Shown: positions 1-12,900, counted from the stretch's first letter. The stretch is 64,000 nucleotides of DNA from Dictyostelium discoideum (GCA_000004695.1 CM000153.2:1248001-1312000); one strand, 5' to 3'. Numbers and translations: made by a program. Notes: generated by a model from the sequence alone, not told the origin.

Positions 1-360
1 AGAACATATTAAAAAAAAAAAAAAAAAAAAAAAAACCAATAACCAAAAGACAATTAAAAATAAATAAAATTTTCTTTTTTTTATTTTTTAATTTATTTTT
101 TATTATTATTTATTTTTATTATTTTTTTATTTAATTAAAAAAATAATTATACACTTCTTACAACCATTACTCACACTTTTTTTTTTTTTTTTATAATTTT
201 ATTTTTTTCATACAACTTAGAAAATATTGGAGTTTTAAAAATAAATAAAATATAACATAATTAATATAAAATAAAATATAAAATAAAATAAAATAAAATA
301 AAATAATTTAATAAAACAAAATTTAAAATTATTATTAATATAGAATTAATACAAAATAAA

Positions 361-368
361 TAAATAGA

Positions 369-447
<79 letters not shown>

Positions 448-450
448 ATA
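361..450. repeat. (AAAT/TAAA)n microsatellite, about 22 units, followed by A45 tract (467-510)
   Basis: Direct reading: aaataaataaataaat... uninterrupted. Confidence 0.9.
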
Positions 451-464
451 TAAAGAAGAAAGGG

Positions 465-507
<43 letters not shown>

Positions 508-574
508 GTAATAATAGTAAAAAAAAAAAAAAAAAAAAAAGTTATTTATTTTATAAATAAATACTTTAAATAAA

Positions 575-3382
575 ATGGCCTCTTTAATTGGAAGTGCTAA
601 ATTACCTTTTAATGTAAGTTTTTTTTTTTTTTTTATTTGAAAGCAAAAAAAAAGAATTCTAATTTTTTTTATTTTTATTTTTTTATAATAGAATGAAGTT
701 GAATTAATATCAGATGAAATTGAAAAAGGATTAAATGATTCAACAACAATTAGAAAATTTTTTGAAAAAAGGGCACAAATAGAGGAAGAATATGCAAAGA
801 ATTTACAAAAATTATGTAAAGCTACACCAATTTTATTGAAATCAGGAGGTACATCAGATGCATTTTCAATGATAGTAGAGAGTACTAATCAATTTTCAAA
901 TCATACAATATCAACAATTCAAAGATTTAATCAAGATGTTAATGATCCATTAGCAGGGTTTATAAAAGATCTTAGAGGAGAGTTAAAACAATACTCTTTG
1001 GAAGGTCAAAATTTAGCAAAAGAGAGGAAACAGGCATTCGATTCATTGAAATCCTCGAAAGCATTGTATGAACAAATGTGTAATAATCCTGAATCTGATG
1101 TAATGAAAGTTCAACAATCCGAAGAGGAATATAAACTTCAAGTACAAGCATGTAATCAATATCATTCACTCTATCATCAAGAAAAGTTACCAAAGATTCA
1201 AAATGAAATCATTAGATTAGAAACTGTTAGAATGCAAAAAATGAAAACAAATCTAAAGAAATACATTACAGAATTTGAAAGTATACCACAAAAACAACAA
1301 CAATCAATTAAAGATTCTGAAGAATTAATAAATTCAATTGATACAAAACAAGATATTCAATCTTTTACAAACTTTAATAAAACTTTAAATACACCAACTC
1401 CAGATTTTCAATTTGAATCATGTGAATCAATTAATGGTGGTGGCGGTGGTGCTGCTGGTAGAAAATCAAAAAAGGGTGGTTGGAGACAAACCATTTCTGT
1501 ATTAAAAATTGGTAATGCTTTTATGAAAGATGATGGCACAATTGTTAATGGTAATTCTTCTTTAAATTCAAGTAGCAGTAATATAAATATTTTAAATAAT
1601 CCTATAGTTTTTAAAATACCAATTGAAGAGATTATGTTTAAACAAAAGTCAAAATTCCCAAATTTAGATATACCTTATATATTGGTATTATTGGTTAATC
1701 TTATAAAGAAATTAGATAATGGTATGGGTATGAAAACTGAAGGTATCTTTAGAATTCCTGGTCATACTAGTGAAGTGAATGCTTTGAAAAAGTTAATTAA
1801 TGAACAAGGTGAATATCAATTCCCACCTGACCTATACTCAATTCATCCAATTGCTTCACTTTTAAAACTTTGGTTACGTGAAATGCCTCAACCATTAATT
1901 CCAAATTACGTTTATGATAAATCATTAGAATGTCAATCAATAGAAGAGTTTATAGTTTTTTTCAAATTTTTACCAGCTTCAAATCAAAAGATTATCACTT
2001 ATTTAGCAGGTTTCTTAAATGAATTGGTTCAGCCAGATAATGTAGTCACTAGTAAAATGAATTTAGATAATGTTGCTATGGTTTTCGCTCCTTCTTTCTT
2101 AAGATGTGATAGTCAAGATATGATTTTAGCAAATGTAGATAGAGAGAAAACTTTAGTTAAATTAATAATTGAAGGTTATTTAAAATTATCTGATGTTTGT
2201 CCAATACAATTGGATGATATTGATTCAAAAATTCAAATTCCATCATTTAGTAATAATAATAATAATTCTACAACAACAACTACAACAACTACAACTACAA
2301 CAGTACCATCATCAACTTCAACAAATATAACAACTAATGGTGCCTCGGCACTAGGTGCTGAAAGTTCAACAACACCTTTACCATCATTAACAACTTTTTC
2401 ACAATCACAATCTAGTTCACCACCAAATCAACCATCACCATCTATAACTCCACAACAAGTTTCAAATTTACCACCATCATATCAACCACCACAACCACCA
2501 CCGACCATGGCACCACCACCATTATTTAATATTCCACAACAACAACAACAGCAACAAGTAACAAATAACAACAACAGTGGAGGTTATACACCACCACCAT
2601 TACAATATACCCAATCTTCTTCAAATTTACCACCAATTCAATTAGGTGTAACTAATTCACCTTCAAAACCACAATTATCAGATAAACAAAAGGAAAAAGA
2701 AAAAGAAAAAGAAAAAGAAAAAGAAAAAGAAAAGGAAAGAGAAAAAGAAAAAGAAAAAGAAAAAGAAAAAGAAAAAGAAAAGGAAAAAGAAAAAGAAAAG
2801 AAGGGACATAAAAAGTCATCATCATCAACATCACCAAATTCTTCCAGTTTATCAATTTCAAACTTTTTATCAAGTAACAAGGATAAGGATAAAGAAAAAG
2901 ATAAAGAAAAAGAAAAAGAAAAAGAAAAAGAAAAAGATAAAGAAATATTAGCGACTAATTCAACACCAGAAAAACCAGTTTCAAATCGTATGTCATTAAT
3001 ATTTAGTCAACAATTACAACAACAATTACAGCAACAGATTCAACAACATCAACAATTACAACAACAAAGTAATGGGTCACCAACATCACCAATTTCACCT
3101 TCATCTGCAAATAATTCACCATCAATGTCGCCAAGTATGGTGAAAAGAACAATTCGCCCAAATTTACCACCACTTCAATCTGGTACATCTGCCACAACTT
3201 CATCTTCTTCTTTAACTTCATCATCTTCACCAACTCTCACATCTTCAAAAGACAATATTCAAAAACAACAATTACCTGAACTAAACCAACAACAACAACA
3301 ACAATCACCTCAAGCCGAACTTAAATCATCAGGTATTAAAAGCTTATTACAAAGAGTCCCTCCACCACCATCACAAAGTTAA
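575..3382 (+). CDS. F-BAR (FCH) + RhoGAP domain protein; join(575..613,692..3382)
   Basis: ATG at 575 (MASLIGSAKLPFN), GTAAGT donor at 614, 78-nt AT-rich intron, acceptor AG at 690-691. Exon 2 is in frame with track ORF 836..3382. The N-terminus ...FFEKRAQIEEEYAKNLQKL is an FCH/F-BAR signature. EGIFRIPGHTSEVNALKK...LLKLWLREMPQPLIP...MVFAPSFLR is a RhoGAP with an arginine finger. The C-terminal half is low complexity (poly-T, poly-Q, (KE)n, PQ-rich). Confidence 0.7.
2686..2940 (+). repeat. Coding (AAAGAA/GAAAAA)n hexamer repeats giving (KE)n and DKEKEK tracts inside the RhoGAP gene
   Basis: aaggaaaaagaaaaagaaaaag... x~20 at 2690-2810 and again at 2881-2940, in frame. Confidence 0.85.
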
Positions 3383-3489
3383 GAAAAAAAATAAAAACAA
3401 AACCAAAAACTATGTATCACTATAAAAAAAAAAAAACAAAACATATATCATATAAGTGTTAAACACTCATCATAAAAAATATATATATA

Positions 3490-3638
3490 TATAGATCCCT
3501 CCACACAACTCAATATAGAAAAAAAAAAAAAGAAAAAAATTATATATAATAAAGGTTAAATTTTTTATACCTCTTTTTTTTATTTTTTATTTTTGTAAAA
3601 TAATAATTATCAATTTTTATTTTTGTATTTCCAAAAAC

Positions 3639-3675
<37 letters not shown>

Positions 3676-3830
3676 CAAATAATTCCCGAGCAATCAATAG
3701 TCATTCTTTGATCAACTTGTAATAGTAGCAATACCATTCATCTGCAAATTAATGATTTATCATAATTCTTCTACTGGCAATACTATAATCCCATTCCATT
3801 GGTTTTTTGAATAGGTAACTATTTATTTTT
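3490..3830. repeat. Segmental duplicate of 5005..5290 (3' flank + last exon of the downstream minus-strand phosphatase-like gene)
   Basis: 3497-3625 (cctccacacaactcaatatagaaaaa...ttatacctctttttttt attttttatttttgtaaaataataattatc) matches 5010-5125. 3686-3826 (gagcaatcaatagtcattc...ataattcttctac.ggcaatactataatcccattccattg) matches 5165-5290 at about 85% identity. Confidence 0.8.
3690..3830 (-). pseudogene. Decayed copy of the terminal exon (HCx5R-phosphatase-like gene); frameshift plus in-frame stop
   Basis: Reverse complement reads ...MEWDYSIASRRIMINH*FADEWYCYY.., against ...MEWDYSIAGRRIMINHQFAAQWYCYYLQ in the intact exon at 5142..5355. A 1-nt deletion (gtaatag vs gtaaatag) and cattaa stop are present. 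Confidence 0.7.
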
Positions 3831-5141
3831 TATTGTTGTTTTTTTCTTTGAAAAAGAAAAAAAAAAAATTATTATCAAATTAGTTTATATTGGTTTTATA
3901 AAAGAATATTTTAAAATAAAAATAATAAAAAAATAATACAAGAATCAAACCAAGATCATAGAGAAACCTAATTTCTATCCATTATTTTTTTTACTAATTG
4001 AATTATCATTAAAAGTTTTTGAATCACCAAGATCATAAAATATGTTGTTAGTGTTTAAATTTACAATACCAGTATAAATAGTTTTATTAACTTCATTACC
4101 AATTTTATCACCAGTATAAATAATTTGATCTCCATAATTTAAAAAAGAACTAATTTTTTCTTTTATATTTGTCACCAGGGGTTGATTTGGATTTTTGTTA
4201 AAATTGGTGTTGATATTGTGGTGGTTGTTGGTTTTAACTACATAGTATTAAAAAAATTAAATTGACCAGTAGATGAATTACAACCATTTGAAAAATAATC
4301 CCAATTTTTTTTTTTTGTTTTATTGGGGTTGGTTTTTGGTGGAGGTAGGAATGGAAGAAGTGGAGGATAATCACTTAGATTTGTATTATCCTTAAATCTA
4401 ATTTCACCAATAGATGTACCAAAGTTTTCCTTCAATGAAACTGATCCATCATCTTTAATATTTGATTCTTCAATTTTATTTAATTTTTAATTCTACCATT
4501 ATAAAATAAAAGTAAAAAAATTCAAAATAAAATTAATATTTAAATAAAATATTAATTTTTAATTTTTTTTATTTGTTATGAAAAATAATAATTTAAATCT
4601 TACCATTTTTTAATAATACAAGAATAGTTATTTCTTGATATATTGTTTAATAATTTAAATATAATGAATTTTTCATCTTTTATAGATTTTTATAACAAGT
4701 GTCTAAGAAATATAATCACATTTTATTTAGAATTTTTTTTTTTTTATTTTTTATTTTTATTTTTTTTATTTTTAAAATAAATAATAAAAAAAATAATTTT
4801 TTATTTTAAAATTTAAAATTATGTCAAATTAATAACCAAACAAAAAACAAAAAAAAAAAATATAAAATAAAAATGTTTATTAGAATCAACTGGTAATTCT
4901 GATTTGTGACCAAAAATTAATTTAATATTAAAAATTTCAAATGTGTCTGAGAATTTAACATTTAAACTTGCCGAATTTTTATTAAACAGTTTATTAATTC
5001 ACCATAGACCCTCCACACAACTTAAATAGGAAAAAAAAAATTATATTTAATAAAGGTTAAATTTGTTATACCTCTTTTTTTATTTTTTATTTTTGTAAAA
5101 TAATAATTATCTTTAATTTTTATTTTTAAAAATTTCTTTTT

Positions 5142-5377
5142 TTATTCAAATAAAGGTGGTGCTGAGCAATCAATAGTCATTCCTTCAGCAACTTGTAAAT
5201 AGTAGCAATACCATTGAGCTGCAAATTGATGATTTATCATAATTCTTCTACCTGCAATACTATAATCCCATTCCATTGCTTCTTTAAATGAATAACCTAA
5301 ATATTTCATGGCATATGAAGCAAATACCTCTCCAGTTCTATCACAACCACATTCACTATTTATTTATTATTATTAAT

Positions 5378-5408
<31 letters not shown>

Positions 5409-5413
5409 AATTA

Positions 5414-5444
<31 letters not shown>

Positions 5445-6007
5445 AATTATTAAATAAATATTTTTACATACCAATGAATATATAAAACTAAAGGTAAATC
5501 ATTTTCAGAATTTAAAATATTACGGTAGAATGGGATTCTATATGGTAAATTGTCATGTTGCCAGTCTGATAAATTTAAAGCCCAACTTTTAACATCATGT
5601 TCAGGTAAAAAGTTTGGATCCCAAAGATCGCCCAAAGTAACATTTGTACCAAATTCACCAAATTGTGGATTTGCATTAAAGAAAGTTTGCTCCAATTCAA
5701 TATCTGACTCTTCATCTTTTAATCCATAGATAAGTTTGATATCGACAATAATAAATTGAGGTGGTAATTTGACACCTGTTGTTAATGAATTGTTTACCAT
5801 ACATTTTATTAATTCTTCATATGCAAAGTAATTTTCACCATTAACTAATATTTTTGGCTCGTTACCTCTGAAGATATAATTTGTATTTCCATTTGATAAT
5901 GAAACTTGGTCAACTAAATGAACCTTTTTATATTCTAAATAATCACCATTAATTAAAACTATGGAAATTGATAATATTAAAATTATCAAATTTAAAATTA
6001 TTTTCAT
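5142..6007 (-). CDS. Signal-peptide protein with C-terminal HCx5R(T)G phosphatase P-loop (atypical PTP/DSP-like, Siw14/PFA-DSP flavour); complement(join(5142..5355,5472..6007))
   Basis: Track ORF 5450..6007 has an N-terminal hydrophobic leader (MKIILNLIILILSISIVLING). A GTATGT donor follows ...YIH at 5471-5466. After the AT-rich intron the acceptor ..aaatag precedes exon 2, giving ...IH|CECGCDRTGEVFASYAMKYLGYSFKEAMEWDYSIAGRRIMINHQFAAQWYCYYLQVAEGMTIDCSAPPLFE*. HCECGCDRTG fits HC-x5-R-(S/T)-G. Total 750 nt = 249 aa. Confidence 0.6.
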
Positions 6008-6072
6008 TTTTTTTTTTTTTTTTTTTTTTATAAAATATTTATTTGTATGTATCTAATAAAATATAAATAATT

Positions 6073-6086
6073 TATGTGTGGGTTGT
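6073..6086. promoter_or_regulatory. G-box-like TGTGTGGG motif about 70 bp upstream of the minus-strand phosphatase-like gene; second copy GTGTGGG at 6451-6457
   Basis: tttatgtgtgggttg and attagtgtgggtttt. They resemble G-rich GBF-type boxes described for Dictyostelium promoters. This is an inference only. Confidence 0.25.
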
Positions 6087-6495
6087 TTTTTTTTTTTTTT
6101 TTTTTCTCAATATACTTTTTTTTTTTTTTTTTTTTATTTTTTTCTTTTTTTTTATTTTTCTTTTAATTGGGGGTTAAAAAATAAAAAAAATAAAAAAATA
6201 AAAAAATAAAAAATAAAATAAAATTGAAATTGAATGATGGGATCCCAATAAAATAAAAAAAATAAAAAAATAAAAAAATAAAAAATAAAAATGAAAATAA
6301 AAATATCTAAATAAAATTTTTAGTGCAAAGATTAATCTTTGGTAATATAAAATTTATTTCTTTTTATATTATCATCTAGTGATAATGCCTCTTTGTTAAT
6401 TTTACTAAATTTGAAAAGTAATAAGAAAAAAAAAAAAAAAAAAAAAATTAGTGTGGGTTTTATTATTATTTATTATTTATTATTATTATTTATTA

Positions 6496-8100
6496 TTAAA
6501 ACACATACTCTAAGAATGTTTTCCCTCTATCTTCTAAAGATTTTGGAACATAGTCCTTTTCATCTTCATCATTCTTTGATTTTTTTAATCTTTCTTCCTC
6601 TCTTTGTAAACCACTTTGTTTCATTTCTTCAATTCTTTTTCTTTTTTCTTCTTCACTTAAACCACCATTTGATGGACGATTTTCATAATCATTTCTATCT
6701 CTTTTTTTATTTGGAGAATCATTATGATCTCTATCCCTGTATCTTGAGTCTTCTCTTTTTTTATCAATATGATGATCTTTTTCATCTCTTCTATTTCTAT
6801 CATAATATCTATCGGAATGGTCTCTATCTCTGTATCTATCATCTCTTCTCTCTTGATGATGATGATGATGATGATGATAGGTATCTCTATCTTTATCATC
6901 TCTTCTATCTCTATCATCTCTTCTGTCTCTATCCCTATCATAATGATGATCTCTATTTCTTTCTCTATCCCTATCATCTCTTCTTTCTCTTTCATCTCTT
7001 CTGTCTCTATCCCTATCTCTATCCCTATCTCTATCATCTCTTCTATCATAATGACTATCCCTATTTCTTTCTCTATCTCTATCTCTGTCATCTCTTCTTT
7101 CTCTTTCCTTTTCTTTTTCACTATCTCTATTTCTGTCATCCCTTCTATCGGAATGATCTCTATCCCTATATCTATCATCTCTTCTTTCATCATCAACACG
7201 ACCACCATTATCATTATAATTTTTAGGTTTTTCTGTGTGACCATTTGAGTTTTGAATTTTTTCATTATTTTTATCTTTATCTTTATATTTATCTTTTTTC
7301 TTTTCAGTTTTTTCTTTATCATTTTCACTATCATTATTATCATCATCATCATCATCATCATCGTCACTACTGTAATTTTTATCTTTTTTCTTTTCTTTCT
7401 TTTCTTTCTTTTCTTTCTTTTCTTTTTTCTCTTTTTTTTCATTTTTTTCTTTTTTTTTTAATTTCTTTAAAATTTTATCAGATTCTTTTTTCTCTTTTTC
7501 AAGTTTTTTCATTTGTAAGGGATTATTCATAATTTTATCAAGTGCTTCTTGTTTCTTTCTTTCAATTATCATTAATGGGTCTTCTCTAACGAGGCTTTTA
7601 ATATCTTGAGGGTTATCATTACTATTTGAATGAAGAAATAATGCACCAGGTAATTGAGCCGCTTTCTTTATAATATCTTCTGCTGAATCATCTATTTTCT
7701 TACCTAATAAATAATCATCAACTGTTTCTGTTTTTTTCATTGATAATTGAAATGCACCTTCATACATCCAATCCATTTTATTATCTGGTTTTCTATAAAA
7801 ATAAAAATAAAAATAAAAATAAAATAATAAAATATAATAAAATAAAAAAAAGAGAGTTGGTATTTTAATAGTTTTATTAATTTTAATTTTTTTTCAATTT
7901 ATTTCTCACACATACTTGCCTGAAGCTTCATTAAATTGATTTTTTAAGTCCCTTATTTGCTCTTCTTCTCTCATTTCTTTTTTTAATTGATCTATTTTCT
8001 TTTGTTCATCTTCTTTTTCTTTTTCAGCTTTCCATATCCTTTCTTGATTTTTCATAGTAGAGACATGCCAACTCTTTTTTGAAAGAAATGATTTACTCAT
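6496..8100 (-). CDS. cwc25: Pre-mRNA splicing factor Cwc25-like (Cir_N + CWC25 domains, RD/RE/RS-like tail); complement(join(6496..7792,7916..8100))
   Basis: Exon 1 (track ORF 7906..8100) MSKSFLSKKSWHVSTMKNQERIWKAEKEKEDEQKKIDQLKKEMREEE is the Cir_N motif (KSWHP..N.E.VWKAE). A GTATGT donor overlaps the last codon (ggcaa|gtatgt), and the acceptor ttttatag is at 7794-7793. Exon 2 ...KKPDNKMDWMYEGAFQL...DDYLLGKKID carries the CWC25 'DWMY...YLLG' motif. It continues with the (KEKKEKKEKK), D9, (RDRD/RDDR)n, H8 low-complexity tail. Sum 1482 nt = 493 aa. Confidence 0.6.
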
Positions 8101-8574
8101 TTTCTATCGTATATGATGTATAATATTTTTTTTTAAAAAAAAAGAAAGTAAAAAGGTATTTATTTTGGTATAATATTTAGTATTGGTATTATCTTTATCT
8201 TTTTTTTTTTTTGTTTTTTTTTATTTTATTATTATTATTGTTATTATTGTTATTATTGTTATTATTATTATTTTATTATTATTATTTTATTATTATTATT
8301 ATTAGGATTATTATTGGTATTTATATGTATATTTCAATATATAAATATTTATAAATATTTGTGTATTTTGTTGGCACCAAATAAACGTTTTTAATTTTAA
8401 TTTTTAAAAAATTTTTGTCTTTTGAAAAACATTTTTGTTTTTTTTTTTTTTTTATTAAAAATTTAATTTTATTAATTTCAACCATTGTCAATTGGCGAAA
8501 ATCACACAAACGACAAATAAATAAATTGAATAAATGAAATTTTTAAATATATAAATAAAAAAATAAAAAAAGAA

Positions 8575-8606
<32 letters not shown>

Positions 8607-9079
8607 CAAAAATGTTATATAGGTTAAGATTAATAAATAGATTAATAAAAAAAATAAATTATATATAAATATATATATTTTTTTTAATTTAAATAACGAA
8701 TAAAAACGGTTAAAACTAGAATACAATCAATTAAATGATAAAAATATATTGCTAATAGCTAATTAAAGCAATTTATACTACTTGTATAATTTGATTTTAT
8801 AGTTTTAAATAGTAATAAAAAATAATAATAATAATAATAATTTTTTTTTTCCAATTAAATAAATTTTAAATAAAAATAATAAAAATAAAATAAAATAAAA
8901 AAAAACTGTTTCTGATAATGGAATTCAGTTTATATACATATTTATATTGAATGTATAAAAGATATTAATAATTGAAAAGACAAACACAAATAAAGCCATT
9001 GATTATTCAATTACAATAATAACTACTTTTTAATATTCTTTATAATAAATCAATTAACAATCACTGTAGATTATTTAAT

Positions 9080-9130
<51 letters not shown>

Positions 9131-9478
9131 AACCTTTTTTTTAATTTTTTTTTTCTTTTCTCTTGTTTCCCTTTATATCTTTGTTCAATTAAAATGTCGA
9201 TTTACAAAAATAGTCAATATAGTCAACAGTTTCAAAACAATAATCAAGTAAAAAAAAAAAAAAAAATTTTATCCCATTATTTTTTTTCTTTTCTTTTTCA
9301 TTTTTTAAATAAATGATGTATATGTATATATATTTATATATATAAATAACAAGGTGAACCAATGATAATTAATCAGACACAACACACACAAGTTGGAAAG
9401 AGCTTTTTTAAGAAAAAAAAAATATTAATTTAAATGAATAAAAAAATAATAATAATAATAGTAATAATAATAATAATT

Positions 9479-9578
9479 NNNNNNNNNNNNNNNNNNNNNN
9501 NNNNNNNNNNNNNNNNNNNNNNNNNNNNNNNNNNNNNNNNNNNNNNNNNNNNNNNNNNNNNNNNNNNNNNNNNNNNNN
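9479..9578. other. Assembly gap (100 N)
   Basis: Run of exactly 100 n characters. The flanking ORFs containing X in the track are artefacts. Confidence 0.99.
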
Positions 9579-9629
9579 TTCCATAAAATAAAGATAAAAA
9601 TAATAAAAAAAACAATTAAGGTAAAAATA

Positions 9630-9669
<40 letters not shown>

Positions 9670-10894
9670 AATTCCAATAACCCAAATAGGGCAATATAAA
9701 AATAAATTAAAAATAAAAAATAAAAAATTTAAAAAAAATAAAAAAAAGGTAAAAATTTTGAAAATAGGGGAATAGAATTTTTTATTTTTATTTTTTTTAT
9801 TTTTATTATAGTATTACCATATAATATCTATTTATTACTACTAGTAATTTTATTTTATGCATATATATTTACATATATTTATAAATATATTTTAAAATCC
9901 GAGGGAGAAATAAAATATTAGAAGAAATAAAGAAACAATCGAATGATAAAAATGGTAATTAATTTATATTTGTTGTCAAAAATTATTTCTTTGTTTTTTT
10001 TGTTGCATTGTTATATTGTGTTTACACTTGAAAATTTTTTAATTTTTTTTTTTTTTTTTTTTTTATTAATTTTTTTTCTTTTTTTTTTTTTTTTTTTTTT
10101 TGTTTTAAAATATTTTTTTATTTTAAAAATACAGATATAACAAGATTCATATTAAAAATTACATATAAATCAATTTTAATATGTAGATCTTGGTTTTTTT
10201 TTTTTTTTTTTTGTTTTTTTTTATTTTTGGTATTTTTTTTTATTTTTTTTTTTTTTCCTTTTTTGGTCGTTTATTTAAACTTTTTATTTATTTTATTTTT
10301 TCATTTTTTTTTTTTAATATTGGTCAATTGACAAAGTTAAAAAAAACTATTGGATTTAATTATTTAATCCCTCTTTTTTTTTTTTTTTTTTTTATTTATT
10401 TATTGCTTTGTTAATTTTAGTTTCACAATTAAAAAATTGTCATTTATGTTAAATTTGTATGTATAGTTGAAATCGCTTTATAATAATAGGTTTAAAAAAA
10501 AATTTAAAAAAAAAAAAAATATGTTCAATATCTTTGTAAACCATAATAATTTTATTTTAAAATTAAATTCTTTTTTTATGGATTATCACATCGAAATAAC
10601 AATTAATAGAAAAAAATAAAAATAATAAATTTGGATTTTTTTTAGTGGAAAAAAAAAAAAAAAAAGATTAACCCAAAATTGATCTCAAAAAAAAAAAAAA
10701 AAAAAAAAAATCTTTCTATAAAAGAATTGTGGGGATTTTTTTTTTTTAATTTTTTTTTTTATATTTTTTTATTTTATTTTGGTTAAATGTGATATTTTTT
10801 AATTATAAAACTTCAAAGAAGTACACATTGATACTTTTTTTTGTTTTTTTTGGAATTTTTTTTTTAAATATAAAAAAAAAAAAAAAAACCACAC

Positions 10895-11105
10895 TTCACC
10901 AAACATAGACACATAACCACATTCACTTTTTTTTTTTTATTATTTTCATTTTTTTTGGATATCACAGATTCATATTATTTTTTTATGTTTACCACACACT
11001 ACCCAATAAACAACAAAATTTTTATTTTTGTTTATTTTTTAAAAAGTGTGCATGTGTGTTCCAATAAAAAATTAGATAACAAACCCACCCTTTATCACTT
11101 TTTTT
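10895..11105 (+). promoter_or_regulatory. CA-rich (C-A element-like) tracts 230-430 bp upstream of the 11328 gene
   Basis: ccacacttcaccaaacatagacacataaccacattcac; accacacactacccaataaacaac; gtgtgcatgtgtgttcc...aacaaacccaccc. These are locally GC/CA-rich islands in an otherwise greater than 90% AT spacer. Similar CA-rich islands lie upstream of the PP2C gene (27120-27190) and at 26410-26440. Confidence 0.3.
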
Positions 11106-11327
11106 TTTTTTTTATTTTTTTTATTTTTTTTTTTTTTATTCTAATTTCAGTAATAGAAAATTTAAACTTTAATTTTAATGATAAAAAAAAAGTAGTTTAA
11201 AATTTTTAATTTTTAATTATTTTTTTTTTTTTTTTATTATTTTTTTTAATTATTATAAAATATTAATATTTTTTTCTTTAAATTAATATTACATCAATAG
11301 TTTGACTTCTTTTTAAAAGATTCAAGT

Positions 11328-11549
11328 TTGATGAGCGGGGAGAATTCTTGGTTTGATTTAGTTTTTTTAAAAAACAACGAATTTTTTGCCAATAATAATT
11401 ATCAAATTAATTTATTCCTATTATTATTAAATATTTTATTAGCCATTTCAATTTTAAAATTAATAATCAATATGTTTAATTTGAATATTTTTGGAATAAG
11501 TAATTTAATTAATAATTCAAATAATAATAAAAATAAAAATAATAATAAT

Positions 11550-11613
<64 letters not shown>

Positions 11614-12851
11614 GCAATAATAATAATAGCAATAATAATAATAATAATAGTACCAATACAAATAGTAGCATTATAAATATTAATAGTAATAGTAATAGTA
11701 ATAATAGTCAAATGGAATTAATAAATAATAATAGTTTAATAAATAGTAGCGAATCATTTTTAGTTTCAAAGAAAAAAGAAAATATGAAAAGTTTATCAAA
11801 TGATAGAATTGGTAGTGGATTATATTCAATTGTATCGGGAAATGGTATAGTTGGAAATATAGGTGATGTTGGAGAGGATTTTTGTTTTCAAGTATCATCA
11901 TATCATAAGAATGGTGTTAGAAAGAAACAAGGTGGTGATATTATATCAGTGAATATTCAAGGTTGCGATTATCAAAATATAGAAGAGCAAATTAAATCAA
12001 GAGTAATCGATAGAATGAATGGTTGTCATTTAGTTTATTACAACGTTTCAAAGAGTGGAAATTATTTAATTTCAGTTTTTGTTAATCAAGTACCTGTTGT
12101 TGGTAGTCCTTTTAAAGTTTTTGTTTCACCAATTCCATATTCTATTTGTATTAAACAAAAATTATCATCTCCATCTTCTTCATCTTCTTCATCTTCTTCT
12201 TCTTCATTTTCATCTTCTTCTTCTTCATCTTCTTCTTCTTCTTCATCATCTTCATCAACATTAAATAATCAAATTATTGCAGGTAATCTTATAACTTGTG
12301 AGATTTCACCGACAAGAGTATCATCACATATTATAAATGATAAAATTGATTTAACAATTTTTATAAAAGAGAATGGAGTTTTAAAGAAAACAAATGTTGA
12401 AATAAATTCTGAAATATTAAATTCAATAAATAGTAGTGGTAGTGGTGGTGGTGGTGGTGATCCATCATCTTCATTATCATCAAATAGCAATAATAGGATG
12501 ATTAGTGATTTCGAGTCAATGATGATTTCTAAATTTAGATTAACAAAAAGTGGTGAATATGTTTTAGAGGGATCAACAACTGGAGTATTAGTTTTTAGTA
12601 AAATAATCACTGTTATTCCAGGTCCTGTCTCTAGTAAATATTCACAATTAATTTGGGATGGTAAAGAATTAATTTCAGAGAATAAATTATTTATTTTAAA
12701 GGATAATCAAAATAATGATCAATCAAATTCTTCACCAGATTTTAAATTTATAATTGAAACTAAGGATAAATTTGGTAACAATAATCAAAATTCAAATAGT
12801 ATTAATGATTTCAAATTTTATTTAAAAAAATCATTATCACCAATTTTATTA

Positions 12852-12900
<49 letters not shown>

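Noticed and set aside
6393-7442. Track ORFs 6393..7226(+), 6769..7248(+), 6657..7442(-), 7245..7532(+) overlapping cwc25
   Set aside because: All are translations of the RD/H/K low-complexity repeat region in alternative frames or the antisense strand (poly-F/L/I/M peptides). The Cwc25 frame is supported by domain motifs.
9408-9694. ORFs containing runs of X
   Set aside because: They span the 100-N assembly gap.
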